From: the human T2T-CHM13v2.0 reference genome, Homo sapiens
Length of the DNA stretch: 64,000 bases
Direction: 5' to 3' (one strand)
Assembly: GCF_009914755.1 (NCBI RefSeq)
Contig: NC_060938.1
Positions within the stretch are counted from its first letter, which is position 1. Each line of letters starts with the position of its first letter. Position numbers and translations under genes: made by a program. The notes below the pieces were generated by a model. The model saw nothing but the letters and a program-made list of their open reading frames with translations. It was not told the DNA's origin and searched no databases. Shown here piece by piece: positions 28,780 to 40,873 of this stretch.

Positions 28780-29050
28780 GGGGTCACTTTTTCACTCTTC
28801 AGGGCTTGGCTCAAATGGTACTTCCCCAGGTAACCTTCCCTGGCCCCCACATACGATCAGGTTTCCTCTTTGAATGCCCTTGTAACACTTCAGAACTCTT
28901 ATCATTGTTGCAATTTTGCATTCATTCTTGAGGTTATTGGATGAATGTGTGGCTCCTCCTCTGAATGGTCTGTTTCGTCACTTTTGAACATCCCTCCATT
29001 ACTGGCAGATAGTAGTCTCTCACAAATGTTTGGTAAACGAATGAACTCTT
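28780..29050 (+). mobile_element. L2 3' fragment
   Basis: GCTCAAATGGTACTTCCCCAGG…CCTTCCCTG; end AAATGTTTGGTAAACGAATGAA. Confidence 0.65.
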
Positions 29051-30338
29051 CAATGCAAAGGTTTAGAATCAGCTGGTGGGGAGACAGATCTAGTATTTTG
29101 AGGTGGTTGGAGGGATCATGGTGTTAACCAAGAGAAAGCTCTTAGCAGAGTCACTGTATAATTTTTTTCTTTGGGAAAGAGTGTGTGCTTCAACATACCA
29201 GAGAGCTAAGGCTTTGCACTGTAATATGGGTTAATCAATCAAGAAATCAATCAACACCTACTTATCCAGTGCAGACCATGTGCCCAGCACAATGCTAGAG
29301 GCACTAAGACTTTTGGGAAGTGGCTTTGCCTCTTTCTTTCAGTTCACAAAATGAAGTGGTTAAGACTTGCAGAAATCAGAAGTGGAAGAATGCAAACTGA
29401 TCAGTGATTGCAATGACTGGAAAAGGGCTATGAAACGCCAGTGCATTTGAGACCAAGCATTATGGTGATGGAGTCTCACATCCTGAAACCCAGGGCTAAT
29501 CCTCCCCAAGAGAGACGTGGATAGGAAAATTCCCCTGATAATTATTGCAAAAGTGTCATCTTAAAAACAAACAAATATCACAAGATGCCTCCCCAAACTT
29601 GAAAGCATGAAACAAAAAAGCAAACTATTCCTAATCAGGCTAATTGTAGAGTTAGTGGCTCTAAATTGTGTTGGTTTTGCCAGTTCTGCCTTTTGGAGGT
29701 GGGGACAGGGGAGATTTGGTTTAACTTAATTAGCATTTCCAACTGGAAATGTGACAATATAACTACCCTAAACTGTTGCTCAGTAAAAATGCAGAAGGAG
29801 AATTCCTCCTCAGTCACATTTATACAGAAACCAAGGACAGGAAGAGAAAGAAGACATAGGCTATTAGGGGAAGGAATATGTGGGCTACAGATACATTCAG
29901 ACGCCAAAACTTGCTGCTCATTTTCAACCTCTCACCTAATTTTTTTTCTCCTCCTGGAATCTATGACTATAAATTCACTTCTAAGGGGAAAAAATCAGCC
30001 CATGCTCACAGCCTGCTAGGAGCGCTTATACCTCCCCTCCTCCAACCTTCCACTGCCCGGTACATTATTTTGGAAATTTGAGCAGAGTTGTCTTTGGAAT
30101 GACGGCGCCTCATCAATACAGAATTTGTGATAATCTGGTCCTTGGGTGGGCTTGAGTTTATCCACATAATGGAGGTGGAGTGGGGAGACAGAAGTATGTT
30201 AATTAAGACTAAAGGCCCACAAACTCTTTTCAAGTAAAGTAGCCTTAGCTACAGCTGATTCTTTTCTCTTAGTAAAAACATTGATAAGTTTACCAAGACC
30301 CCTTGCATGTTCCCTGTCTCCACATGTGCTAGAAAGTA

Positions 30339-30370
30339 TTACGTTGGTGCAAAAGTAATTGTACCAATAA
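30339..30370. mobile_element. Internally deleted MADE1 (Hsmar1 MITE) remnant
   Basis: TTACGTTGGTGCAAAAGTAATTG matches the MADE1 terminal repeat. Confidence 0.75.
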
Positions 30371-33000
30371 TGCATCTGCATTTATTAAGTGTCCTTTAAT
30401 GCCCACTTCACTGTAGCAGTCCAGTTAGGGACTATTAGCAAGGGTTTATAGTATTATTATGAAAGAATCTGGATACTAGCAGTGAGAGGAAGACTTTCCG
30501 CTTAAGGAAATATTGTTCCCGTAGGGGCACAAATATATGAACAAGCGTCTGCAAAAACTCCAGGCTAGGGTCAGAGCATCTTAAGTGAATTCCAGGAAAG
30601 TGGTTTATAGTCTAGATGAAAGAGAGAAATGCATTTAGCGGGGGTTCTTGACCAAACTCAAGGCTCCCTCTTTGGATCAGAGTATGGGGCCTACCTTGGC
30701 GGGTGCAGGGGTTCCTAGGCAGGTGGGAGGTCTCTATTTGTGTTGAGGTTGCAGCTCTCTTCTCCTTCTACATTTTATCTCCTACGTTTTTGCTACCATC
30801 TGGTTGTTTTCTTACCACATTGTTCTTGCCTCTGGCCTGCAGTGGGCACCCTTAAGAAAAGTCCATTTAGATGTCTTCTTTCCTTGCTAGTCTTCATGTT
30901 TGTCAGTTCTGAATTTGCATCCAATGCCTGTCCTCAGTCCCTGGGCCTTCCCCTTGATGTCTTCAATGTGAAAGCTATTCAGCCATGGGGACTGTGCTCC
31001 TCCCTTCACCCTCCTGTCCTCCAAGGAAAATCAGGAAGTATCTGGACAGACTGTTGGAACAAAGCAAAATATTTAAGTTCCTGTCATCGTCCCACTGTGG
31101 CTTTTGATCATTTCTTTCAGTAGCCAGTTTAGTTTAATTATTTATAGAAGGACATTCATAGTGCTAGAGGAAATGTCCTATAAAGCATTTATCAAAGAAT
31201 GAGTCTTTGTAATCTGAGACATCCCCAGAGCAAAAGCAAAGTATCTGGGCTGATGATTCAGGTATTACCTTTGGAGGGAAGCAGGATGAGATTTCTAGAG
31301 TTGCTGGAGTTTGAATCTCTGGGTTGACTCAGTAGATAAGCCTAAAATCTGTAGGAGGTACAATGCCTGTGCACGGTCCCAGTCCTTCCAACAACAAAAT
31401 GAGGGGGTCATTCCCATATCATCATTATACATGGAGAAACTGAGGCACAGAGAAATAAAGTACATTGCCCAAAGTTTCTAAAATACATAGTGAAGTGGAA
31501 TCTAGATTTAGAGAGAGGCAGTCTGGTGTAATTGCTGTGTTCTTAATACTCTGGACTCCTGTTGTGGACATGCTGGTCCCTTGGTTGTTCAGTGTCTGAG
31601 GACAGTGGCTTGTCTGATTTTCTCAGCTTCCTCGAGATGGATCTACAAATTGGACTGAACTACAGCCTCAGAAGTTTATAAGGAGTTTCATCTTGATAAT
31701 TTGGTGGGACTGGAAGATGTCTTTGACCAATAGACCAGTATCCAATGTACTCAAGATGGATCAGCCTGCTTCTGCCACTTCCTCGATCTTTAACTTACCC
31801 AAGCTATTTAATTTTTGAAAGTCTCTGTTTTCTCACTTGTAGTTTCACAGTGGTCTCTCATTCTGTGTTGTGAGGATAAAAGAGAAGAGGGAGCATGTGG
31901 AAGGCACTTGGTACATAGTTAAGTGTTTCAGAAATGTTTCTAGATTTTAGCTGAGGTCCTGTGGCATCTTAGAGTATTGTCCAGGAATCTTGGTGGCAGT
32001 ATTTCCCAAATTTTAGCATGTACAGGAATGATCTGTGGGGGAAGTGTCAAATCTGCATATTCCCAAGCCCCACCCAAGTGATTCAGATTGGACCAGGTGG
32101 TGCTACAGTGGATGCAGCCATCCAGATGGCACCACTGAGAAAGCTGGCTCACAGGCCAGCAGGGGCCCCTCCCACCCCTTGACTAAACCCTCTGCATTCC
32201 TTCAGACTCTTCTTACCCTGAATGGAGAGTGCTAGAAACGTTCTTAGTAGCTTTCTAAAGGCTTTATAAGGCCAACGAGTAATAATTTGGTGATTTCAGA
32301 AGCAGCCCTCAGAATAATATATTTTCTACCCCTTCCCCCACCCACTCTTGGCTCCTGGCCCTACCTCCTTCACCCCTCTTCGATTTGTACCACAGTTCGT
32401 GGCATTTTCTGAACCTCAGGGCTCCTGTCTGGCTAGTTATTTATTTAGCTGAGGAACTGCAGCACCTAATTAATAGGAAATTAGCTGTGAGTGTAACATT
32501 TGGCCCGTAGTCAAGGCCCAAGAAGTTATAAATACGCACCACGTGAGTGGCCTGGGCACCTGATTCTTGGAAGATCCAGAAGTGGCACTTCCTGTGCAGT
32601 TCCAGGAAGTGAAGTATGTGCTGCATAGGTTGTGGGTAGCCAGGAGCAGGCATCACCTGCCCTGAGGCCAGCAGGACCATCCTGGGGAGCACAGGGGCCT
32701 GTCTGCTTCTCCCCATTTCCCAGAGAGCTCATTGACTCTTCTCAACTTAGCTGTCTTTTCAAAGGCCAGGTGGGAGAGGACACATCAAGGAAATGAGAGC
32801 AGAGGCTGGAGGGGACTTAGGAGAGGGTATAGGGTCCCTTACAGGGTGGCCCAAGCACCGTGATCCTCCAAAGACACTAGGTCTGCTGTTGTTTCAGACA
32901 CTTGCATTGGCTTCTTCCAGGGGCACGTGAGGTACAGCTTCATCTAACACCTTGACAGTAGGGACTCTGCATTGAAGGGGATCTCACTGCCATTCACAGG

Positions 33001-33468
33001 TTGCAGAGGAAGGGGAAAAATCTTTTCCTTCTACTCTTCTAGGTTCCTGGCTGGGGCCCCTATAACAAAAGATGGATTAAGAAGAGAATAGCACACAAAA
33101 TTATTTACTATGTTTTATGTAACAGGGGAGCCTTCATAAGGTAACCAAGATTTGAAGAACAGTTAACCCTGGGTGTTTTTTATGGCAGTCTTGATGAAGA
33201 GTGAAAAGGCATGGAGAAACTTGATAGGGCAAACAGTGTGAGGTAAGCATAGTGAACTCCAGGAAATGTAGCTGGGCCTGTCTGGATTCCTCCCTGGGTC
33301 CCTAGTCTTGGCAGATAAGTATGCTCCCTTCCTCTGGGCACCTCTCATGTGACCTGCTTCAGGGGAAGGTCAGAAAATTCTTCCTGGGTTTTCTCAAATT
33401 TTTTTAGATTAAAATATTCAACATGCCAAAGTGCTGTATTTTGGGGTAGTGTGTTCTGAACCCCATCA
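33001..33468 (-). mobile_element. MER34-family ERV1 solo LTR inserted in a MIR
   Basis: Ends ATGCCAAAGTGCTGTATTTTGGGGTAGTGTGTTCTGAACCCCATCA. Confidence 0.8.
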
Positions 33469-34554
33469 CAGACCATGGGAACTGAGCCTAGAGGAGGTTA
33501 GAGATCCTGCCCAAACCAGAGAGAGGCAGAGTTCAGATTTGGAATAAACATGTTCAGCCCTCAAGTTTGATGCTGTTTGCAGAATCTCATAGTTTCCTGA
33601 TTACTTCAAAAGGAAAATCAGGCTGGGAGGAGAAAACTGTTTTTAAAAGCCCCAAGGAGGAAAAGACTGAGGGGGAAGGAGGAGCAAAAGGGTCAAGGGG
33701 AAGGTAAGGGCAAGTCTAGGAGTTCCTTAGGAGGCAGCGGTGCCCCCACGGAAGGAGGAGGCGGTGTCTGTGGGTCAGAGGCAAAGCTATTTTCTCTAGA
33801 TTTGCTTGATTTCAGTTATCTCACTTTCTTTTTTCTCAACTTCCCCTGCAGGGAAATAGGAACTGGGCAACCTGTCTATTCCCTTGTGCGAGTTAAAAAT
33901 CTGCTGATAAAAGTACCTATTCCAATTCTAAGTGTGTTTGTTATGAGCCAAACCCTGGAGGGTGGGAGGAGGGAGGTGCCTGGTTCCATGGCAGAGCAGG
34001 GCCAGGAGGTAAAGCTGGTTGGAGGACATCAGGGAACAGAAAGCACAGAGTAAGTGAAATATTTTGCCAGCTTTATTTAAAAGATCGATCGAAGCCTCTT
34101 TAACACAGGCTTCTACCTGAGAACTGGTATAATGAATCTGGCATTTATGTGACTCTGGAAGGAGCCTTCCGAAGGAGGAGAAAAATGTAAAAGAAATTGC
34201 ATCTTTGGGTGGGTCCCAGAAGGGGTTGATATGAAGAAAGAAAATAACTCATTGCTGATGTCACAGAGCAGAAGATGGACATGGAGGCTGCATATCACTT
34301 AGACTAAGTGGGACAGAGTCTCCCTTGGAAAGAAAAAATGCCTCTAGTCTCACTCAGGGAAGCAAGTTATCAATCAGAGCCCAGGCTAAGAACACAGATA
34401 TCACTGATGCCCTGAAAGAAAGATAATACATCTTCCTTTTCCCACCTCTACCCATTAGCCAGAGGCATTTCCTGACCTTCCACTGAAGAAGAAAGGGGTC
34501 CCTCCTGATTTCTTGTCCTTTGGGGGATGTTACCAATTCTTTACTATCCCAGGC

Positions 34555-34805
34555 AGTGCTTAGGCACCAAATGACTTTGGAGTCAGAAAGAGCTGAGTTC
34601 AAACATCACATTCCTGCCTGTGAGTTTGGACATGTTTGATTATCTCTTGATGACCTCAGTTTTCTGATTTGTTTAAAAATATAAGATAATATCTACTTTA
34701 CAGGGTTTTTAAAAGGACTAAATGAGGTAAAAGTCAAAACCACAAACATAGCACCTGCCATGTAGTTGAGACTTAAGAATAATAAGTATTGCTGTTATTG
34801 TTATG
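34555..34805 (+). mobile_element. MIR
   Basis: GACTTTGGAGTCAGAAAGAGCTGAGTTCAAA…CCTCAGTTTTCT. Confidence 0.8.
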
Positions 34806-35065
34806 CAAATAAAAGAATCAAGAATAATACTTGGTAGCCACTCAATAATCAGTTTCTGTTCCCTTGTTAAAGGTCACATCAGTAATAGTGATGCTAGACA
34901 TTTTGTCTCCCTCCACAACTCTCCCCTAATTCAACCCTAAGCCAAAACTTAGGCCAACATCAACCCTATTCCCAACAATATGCCCAGCTGTATTCCCCAA
35001 TCCTAACCCCAACCTAGACTAAACTATAACCCCAACTCTATCTCAATTTCCAACTCTATCCCAAC

Positions 35066-35602
35066 TATATTATTCAGGGTTCTTCGGAGAAACAGAACCA
35101 ATAGGATGTGTATGTATAATATGCCTCTCTCCTATTGAGAGAGAGTGAAAGAGGGAGAGGGGAGAGAGACAGTGAGAGAGGACAGAAGAGAGATTTTTAT
35201 TAAAAGAAATTGGCTCACGTGATTATGGAGGCTGAAAAGTCCCAAGCTCTACAGGGTGAGTTGGCAAGCTGGAGACCCAGGAAAGCTGATGTTGTAGTTC
35301 TAGTCTAAAGACTGGCAGGTCTGAGATTGAGGAAGAGCCAGTGTTTCAGTTCAAAGGCCATTAGACAGGACAGATTCTGTCTTACTGCGGGAGGTCAGCC
35401 TTTGTGTTCTATTCTGCTCTTCACCCAATTGCATGAAGCCTATGCACAGTCAATCTGTTTTATTCAACCTACAAATTTAACTGTTAATCTCATCCAAAAA
35501 AACGCCCTCACAGAAACAACTAGAATAATGTTTGTTCAAGTATCTGGGTACCTGATAGCCCAATCAACTTTGCACCTAAAATTAATCATTTTAATCATCA
35601 CA
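35066..35602 (-). mobile_element. MLT2 (B-like) ERVL solo LTR
   Basis: CAGGGTTCTTCGGAGAAACAGAACCAATAGGA…AATTGGCTCACGTGATTATGGAGGCTG…AATCATCACA; TSD ccaac/ccaat. Confidence 0.9.
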
Positions 35603-35684
35603 CCAATCTTATCCTTAACCCTATTCCCAGTGATATTACAACCCTAACCCTAAGTCTAACCCCAACCTCAGACCAATAATTACT

Positions 35685-36028
<344 letters not shown>

Positions 36029-36561
36029 TAGTTCCTCAGCTTTCTTCTTTTTAGTGTGGATACAAATCCTACTCTAGTTGCCAAAACTTATTAATCAATG
36101 TGATGAATCCGCATCATAAAGTCAACTTAATAATATATCTCCAGAGTATGGACTTGAAAGGGAGCTGTGCTTGGAATAGATTTTACTCAGATAGTCACAC
36201 AAGATGATCAGCACCTGCTTTGGCATGAGGAGCCACTCAGGCACACAGAGGGAGTTCTATTTGTTGTGCCAGCTCCTGCTCCATTCTCCTGACCAAGCCC
36301 TGCTTTAATAGGGTCTGTGTGGAGTTAAGATGGCCAGTGATGGAGGCCTGGGCACAACACCCCAGAGATGTCTTAACTCAGAGAAGATAGATTTGTAGAC
36401 CATTAGGAGCTGAAAATATGTGTTAGTATTATTACTCATATAGATCACTTAGTTTTCTGTCAGATTTTTGTCTCAGACTTATCCCCTATGATGAAAAGGA
36501 AACTTCTTGATTTCTACAAAGATTCCTACTGAATCAATGAGCATTAGAATTGAAAGGGATG

Positions 36562-36870
36562 GGCTGAGCATGGTGGGTCATGCCTGTAATCCCAGCACTT
36601 TGGGAGGCCAAGGCAGGAAGATTGCTTGAGGCCAGATGTTTGAGAGCAGCGTAGGCAACATAGCAAGACCCCACCTCTAAAACAAATGTTTAAAAAAATT
36701 AGCTGGGTATGGTGTTGCACGTCTACAGTCCCAGCCACTCGGGAGGCTAAGGTGGGAAGACCACTTGAGCCCAGGAGGTCAAGGCTGCAGTGAGCAGTGA
36801 TCACACCACTGCACTCTAGCCTGGGTGACAGAGCAACACCCTGTCTCAATTTTTGAAAAATGAAAAAGAA
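36562..36870 (+). mobile_element. AluJ
   Basis: GATTGCTTGAGGCCAG, GCAACATAGCAAGACCCC and GGAGGTCAAGGCTGCAGTGAGC J-type diagnostics. Confidence 0.95.
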
Positions 36871-37819
36871 TAATTATTTTATCCCATTGTTCTCAACTTT
36901 AAAATCACTGATGCTTGAGTCTTGTCTTGGAGCAATCCATCCATCTGTGGGGTGAACCCTGGGAATTAGTATTTTTAGAGGCACTCTTCTAGCGTTACTA
37001 TGGCTAAATGTTTCCACCAGTCTGGCTAAAACTTCTCATTTCATGGATGGAAAAAGTGAGACTCAAAGAGGCTAAGTGACTTTCATAAAAGCAGACTTGC
37101 AGGGACAAAGCCAGCACCTAAGGTTTTATAAATACTAGTCCAGTGCTCTTGTTCAGACACCACATTCCTTCTCATCTTGTTTCCTCAGATTTATAGCCAA
37201 AAACAATGGGACCATCAGGGACCCACCTTAGGACCCTCATAGCGAGTGGTCCTCCAGCTCAGCCCATGTGCATCCAGCTGAAAGGCTTTCATACCTCTGC
37301 CCTGCATAGGTCTTGTTCAGAGAAGTGGGTGCACTGTGGCAGAAACAATTCTCTACTAACCCATTTGGAACAATAAAGAAGTAAATCCTAATCCACCAAC
37401 CTTGACCAGACAGCTGAAGGTTGTGCTCACTTGGTACTGACCTTGTAAAGATGGATTGCAATTTTGGGGAGTCGATTTTATTTTGTTTTTATGTTTATTT
37501 TTCCTTCTGGGTACCTAGAGTTCATATTCATCCTAGAGAGTTCTGGGAATTGCAGGTCCAATGCTATTAGCATCTGCTTCATTCCTCTGCCTTTCTGCCC
37601 AACTCCCTTGTTTTCTAATTCTTAAAAAATTTTTCTATTTTTTAAGACAATTTATACTGAATGAATTGTTATTTTAAAATAGGTGAGTGAAATCCACCTT
37701 AAGTACTGATTTGATGTATTTAGAAAATATGGAGGCCTCTGAAGCAGACCAGCAAGGCAGCCTGTGTATTTCCCCTAGGTGTGGTTCCCTCTTTATTACC
37801 AGAGGGTACATAGGAGATT

Positions 37820-38180
37820 CTGCATTCATTTAGTCATTCATTCAAATAATGTTTATGGATTTAATTTTCTTTAGGTCCAGGGAACTTGATAGGCACTAAG
37901 GGAAACTAAGGTGAATTACTGTCATCGCTTGACCTCAAGAAGCTTAAATCTAATGGGAAGGGAAGAAGAGTATCCTCGAACACCCGTACTGTATGCAATG
38001 TGATGTTCCCTAAGGGTATGGCAATAGGAGTATAGGAATGAGTGGGATTATTTCTAGCTGAGGATCAGGGAAGGTTCTGTTGATGATTTGACATTTTAGC
38101 TCAGTTTTGGAAAATTGATGTGATTTTGACAGAAATAAGTATAAATCTTTTGTGTAGGCAAAGGAACAGCTGGAGCAAAG
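37820..38180 (-). mobile_element. L2 3' fragment
   Basis: CATTCATTTAGTCATTCATTCAAATAATGTTTA…GACCTCAAGAAGCTTAAATCTAATGGG. Confidence 0.7.
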
Positions 38181-38354
38181 AAAGACAAAGGGGAGGGAAA
38201 GTATGTGCTTGTGTGTTGGGGAGTATATCTTTGGTCTTCATATGATAGGTAGGAGGGAGCATCTGAAAAAAAAATTATGTGTAGACCTCACGGATGCTTA
38301 TGGGTTGAAACTGGCTTTAGTGACTGGTCTACTTCCTCAGTTTTACAGATTATA

Positions 38355-38605
38355 AAGTAATAATAATAATAGCAATATTTGAACTTAACTCTCATTGCAT
38401 GCTTTCTATAGGCAGTTACTGAACTACAGCCATTACATGAATTTTCTCATTATTTTCTTACAACATTCCTTGGAGGTAAGTATTATTATTATCCCCACTT
38501 TGCAGATGAGGAATCTAAGGCTCATAGGTCAGTAAGCCAGTAAAAGGCAGAGTTGGGATTTGAACCCAAGGCTACACTCTTTCCGTGGCCAGGATTTTAA
38601 CCGGG
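38355..38605 (-). mobile_element. MIR
   Basis: ATTATTATCCCCACTTTGCAGATGAGGAATCTAAGGCTC…GGGATTTGAACCCAAG. Confidence 0.85.
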
Positions 38606-40054
38606 GTATTCAGTACTGGTGCCATTATGGGGGAGGAAAAGATGATGGATTCATTTTGGACATGTTGAGTTAGAGGGGCCCATGAGACCTCCAGGAGAAG
38701 AGGTGAGTCTGAAGCTTGAAGATGGAATAATTTGAAATAAAATGAATTTGTTTCTGAAAGTTGTATCCTAACGTTGGCATATTCAGAACACCAGTCACAT
38801 TGACTTGCCCTGCAGAATTTCCAGATGGGAATTCTAGCAGCTCACATGCCAAGGCTGCTCCTTAGTGTGTGTATGGCTTGCCAGACCCATCTTCCAAAGC
38901 TGCACTCAGGTTTTTTTTTTTTTTGACATGTCTCAGCTCCTTTCTCCACCATGTGTGCCTGCAGTACTGTCTCCTTTTATCTAAAGGTGTTTTGCAACTT
39001 GACCCCTTGCTGCCTGCCAAGGTTTACCTCTGAGAAGTATCAAGCTGTTCAGCATTGGCTAGAACAAGCTCTTCTGACCCTGTCGACCCAACAGTGAAAA
39101 AGTGTCAGTGTAGGGGAGCGGAAGATGTTAAGCATGTGCATGAGGAAGGAAATAGTTTCTTTCCAGCAGGTGAGAAGCCCAGAGAGTTTTGGTGGCCTGG
39201 GCAAGCTCCTATGCCTCAGGTGAAAAAGAGAAGTTCAGTAAAGCTGCCTTGCCTGGTTTTAAGTTATATTGTCTTCTAATTCCTTCTTCCCTCACCTTCC
39301 TCTTGTCCTAATACCTTCAACTCCAAGTCTCTTGTCATTTCCTGACAGACTGGCAGGTATACCTGACAGACTGGTATAATTGTTGGAATCAGGAATGTCT
39401 GACCAATGGGGAAACTGTGGCAGTAAGGAGTGGAGAAAACTTAGTGAAGGGCTTGCAGTCCATGACTAAGAACACAGACTTCACGTGATCCTGTAAGAAG
39501 ACCCGTCAGGGAAGAGATCTAAGGGTTGGAGTCTGTATTATTCTTCTATTGCTGCTGTCACAAATTACCTCAAACTTAGTGGCTTAAAACAAGATACGTT
39601 TATTAGCTCACGGTTCTGTAGGTCAGAAGCAAAAGCAGGCTTTGATGAGTCCCCCTCCTTAGGGTCTTACAAGGCTGCAATCAAGGTGTTGCCTGGGTGG
39701 GCTCTTATCTGCAGATTCTGGGAAGAACCCCTATCCAAGCTCAGGCCTATTGTTGGCCAAATTCTATGCCTCACAGTTATGGGATTGAAGTCCCCATTTT
39801 TTTTCTTGTTGTCAGCCAAGAGCTACTCTTAGCTCCTAAGGGTCTCTTGGATTCCTTGTCACGTTGCCTACATCTTTGAGTGTAGCAATGGTTCATCAAA
39901 TCCTACTTATGCTTCAAATCTCTGATTTCTGCTACTTGCTGGTGAAAATGCTCTGCCTTTTAAAGGCTCATGTGATTCTATTGGGCCCACCTAGATAATC
40001 TTCCTTTTGCCATGTACGTTAGCTTGCTAGGACTGCCGTAACAAGCTGGGTGGC

Positions 40055-40443
40055 TACTGTGTTTGAATGTGTCCCCCAAAGTTTATATGTTGGGTACTTA
40101 GTCCCCAATGCAACAATGTGAGAGTTGGGACCTTTAAGAGGTGATTAGGTCACGTGGGCTGTACCCTATGAATGGATTTGTGTCATTATCAAGGGAGAAC
40201 ATTAGTTATCATTGAAGTAGGTTCCTGATGAAAGGATGAGTTTAGCTCCCTTCCCTTTTCTTGCGTGCATGCTCTCTTCTATCTTCCACTATGGGATGAT
40301 GCAGCAAGAAGGCCCTCCCAAGATGTGGGCTCCTTGACCTTGGACTTCTTAGCTTCCAGAAACTGTAAGAAATAAATCTCTGCTCTTTATAAATTACCCA
40401 GTCTCCAGTATTCTATTATAGCAGTACAAAATGGACTAAAACA
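40055..40443 (+). mobile_element. MSTB/C-like solo LTR, nested
   Basis: GTTTGAATGTGTCCCCCAAA…TTTATAAATTACCCAGTCTC…GGACTAAAACA; perfect TSD GTGGC. Confidence 0.9.
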
Positions 40444-40508
40444 GTGGCTCGGACAACAAAATTTTGTTGCCTCCCAGTTCTGAAGGCTAGAAGTCTGAAG
40501 TGAAGTTA

Positions 40509-40873
40509 CTGATGCTCCTTGACTTACAACGAGGTGATGTCCTGACAAACCCATGGTAAGTTGAAAATATTGTAAGTTGAAAATACATTTAATACACCAA
40601 ACCTACCAAACATCATAGCTTAGCCCAGCCTACGTTAAACATGCTCAGAACCCTTATGTTACCTTACAATTGGGCAAAATCATAAGGCAAATCCTGTTTT
40701 ACAGTAAAATGTTGAATATCTCATGTAATTTATCGAAATGTTGTACTGAAAGTGAAAAACAGAATGGTTGTATGGGTGCTCAAAGTAAGGTGACTACTGA
40801 ATGCGTAACACTTTCACACCATCGTAAAGCTGAAAAATTGTCAGTCAAATCTTCCCAAGTCAGGGACCGTCTG
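40509..40873 (+). mobile_element. MER47A-like (Tigger5 family, TcMar) DNA transposon, nested
   Basis: Ends CTGATGCTCCTTGACTTAC and AAGTCAGGGACCGTCTG, flanked by TA on both sides. Confidence 0.88.
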
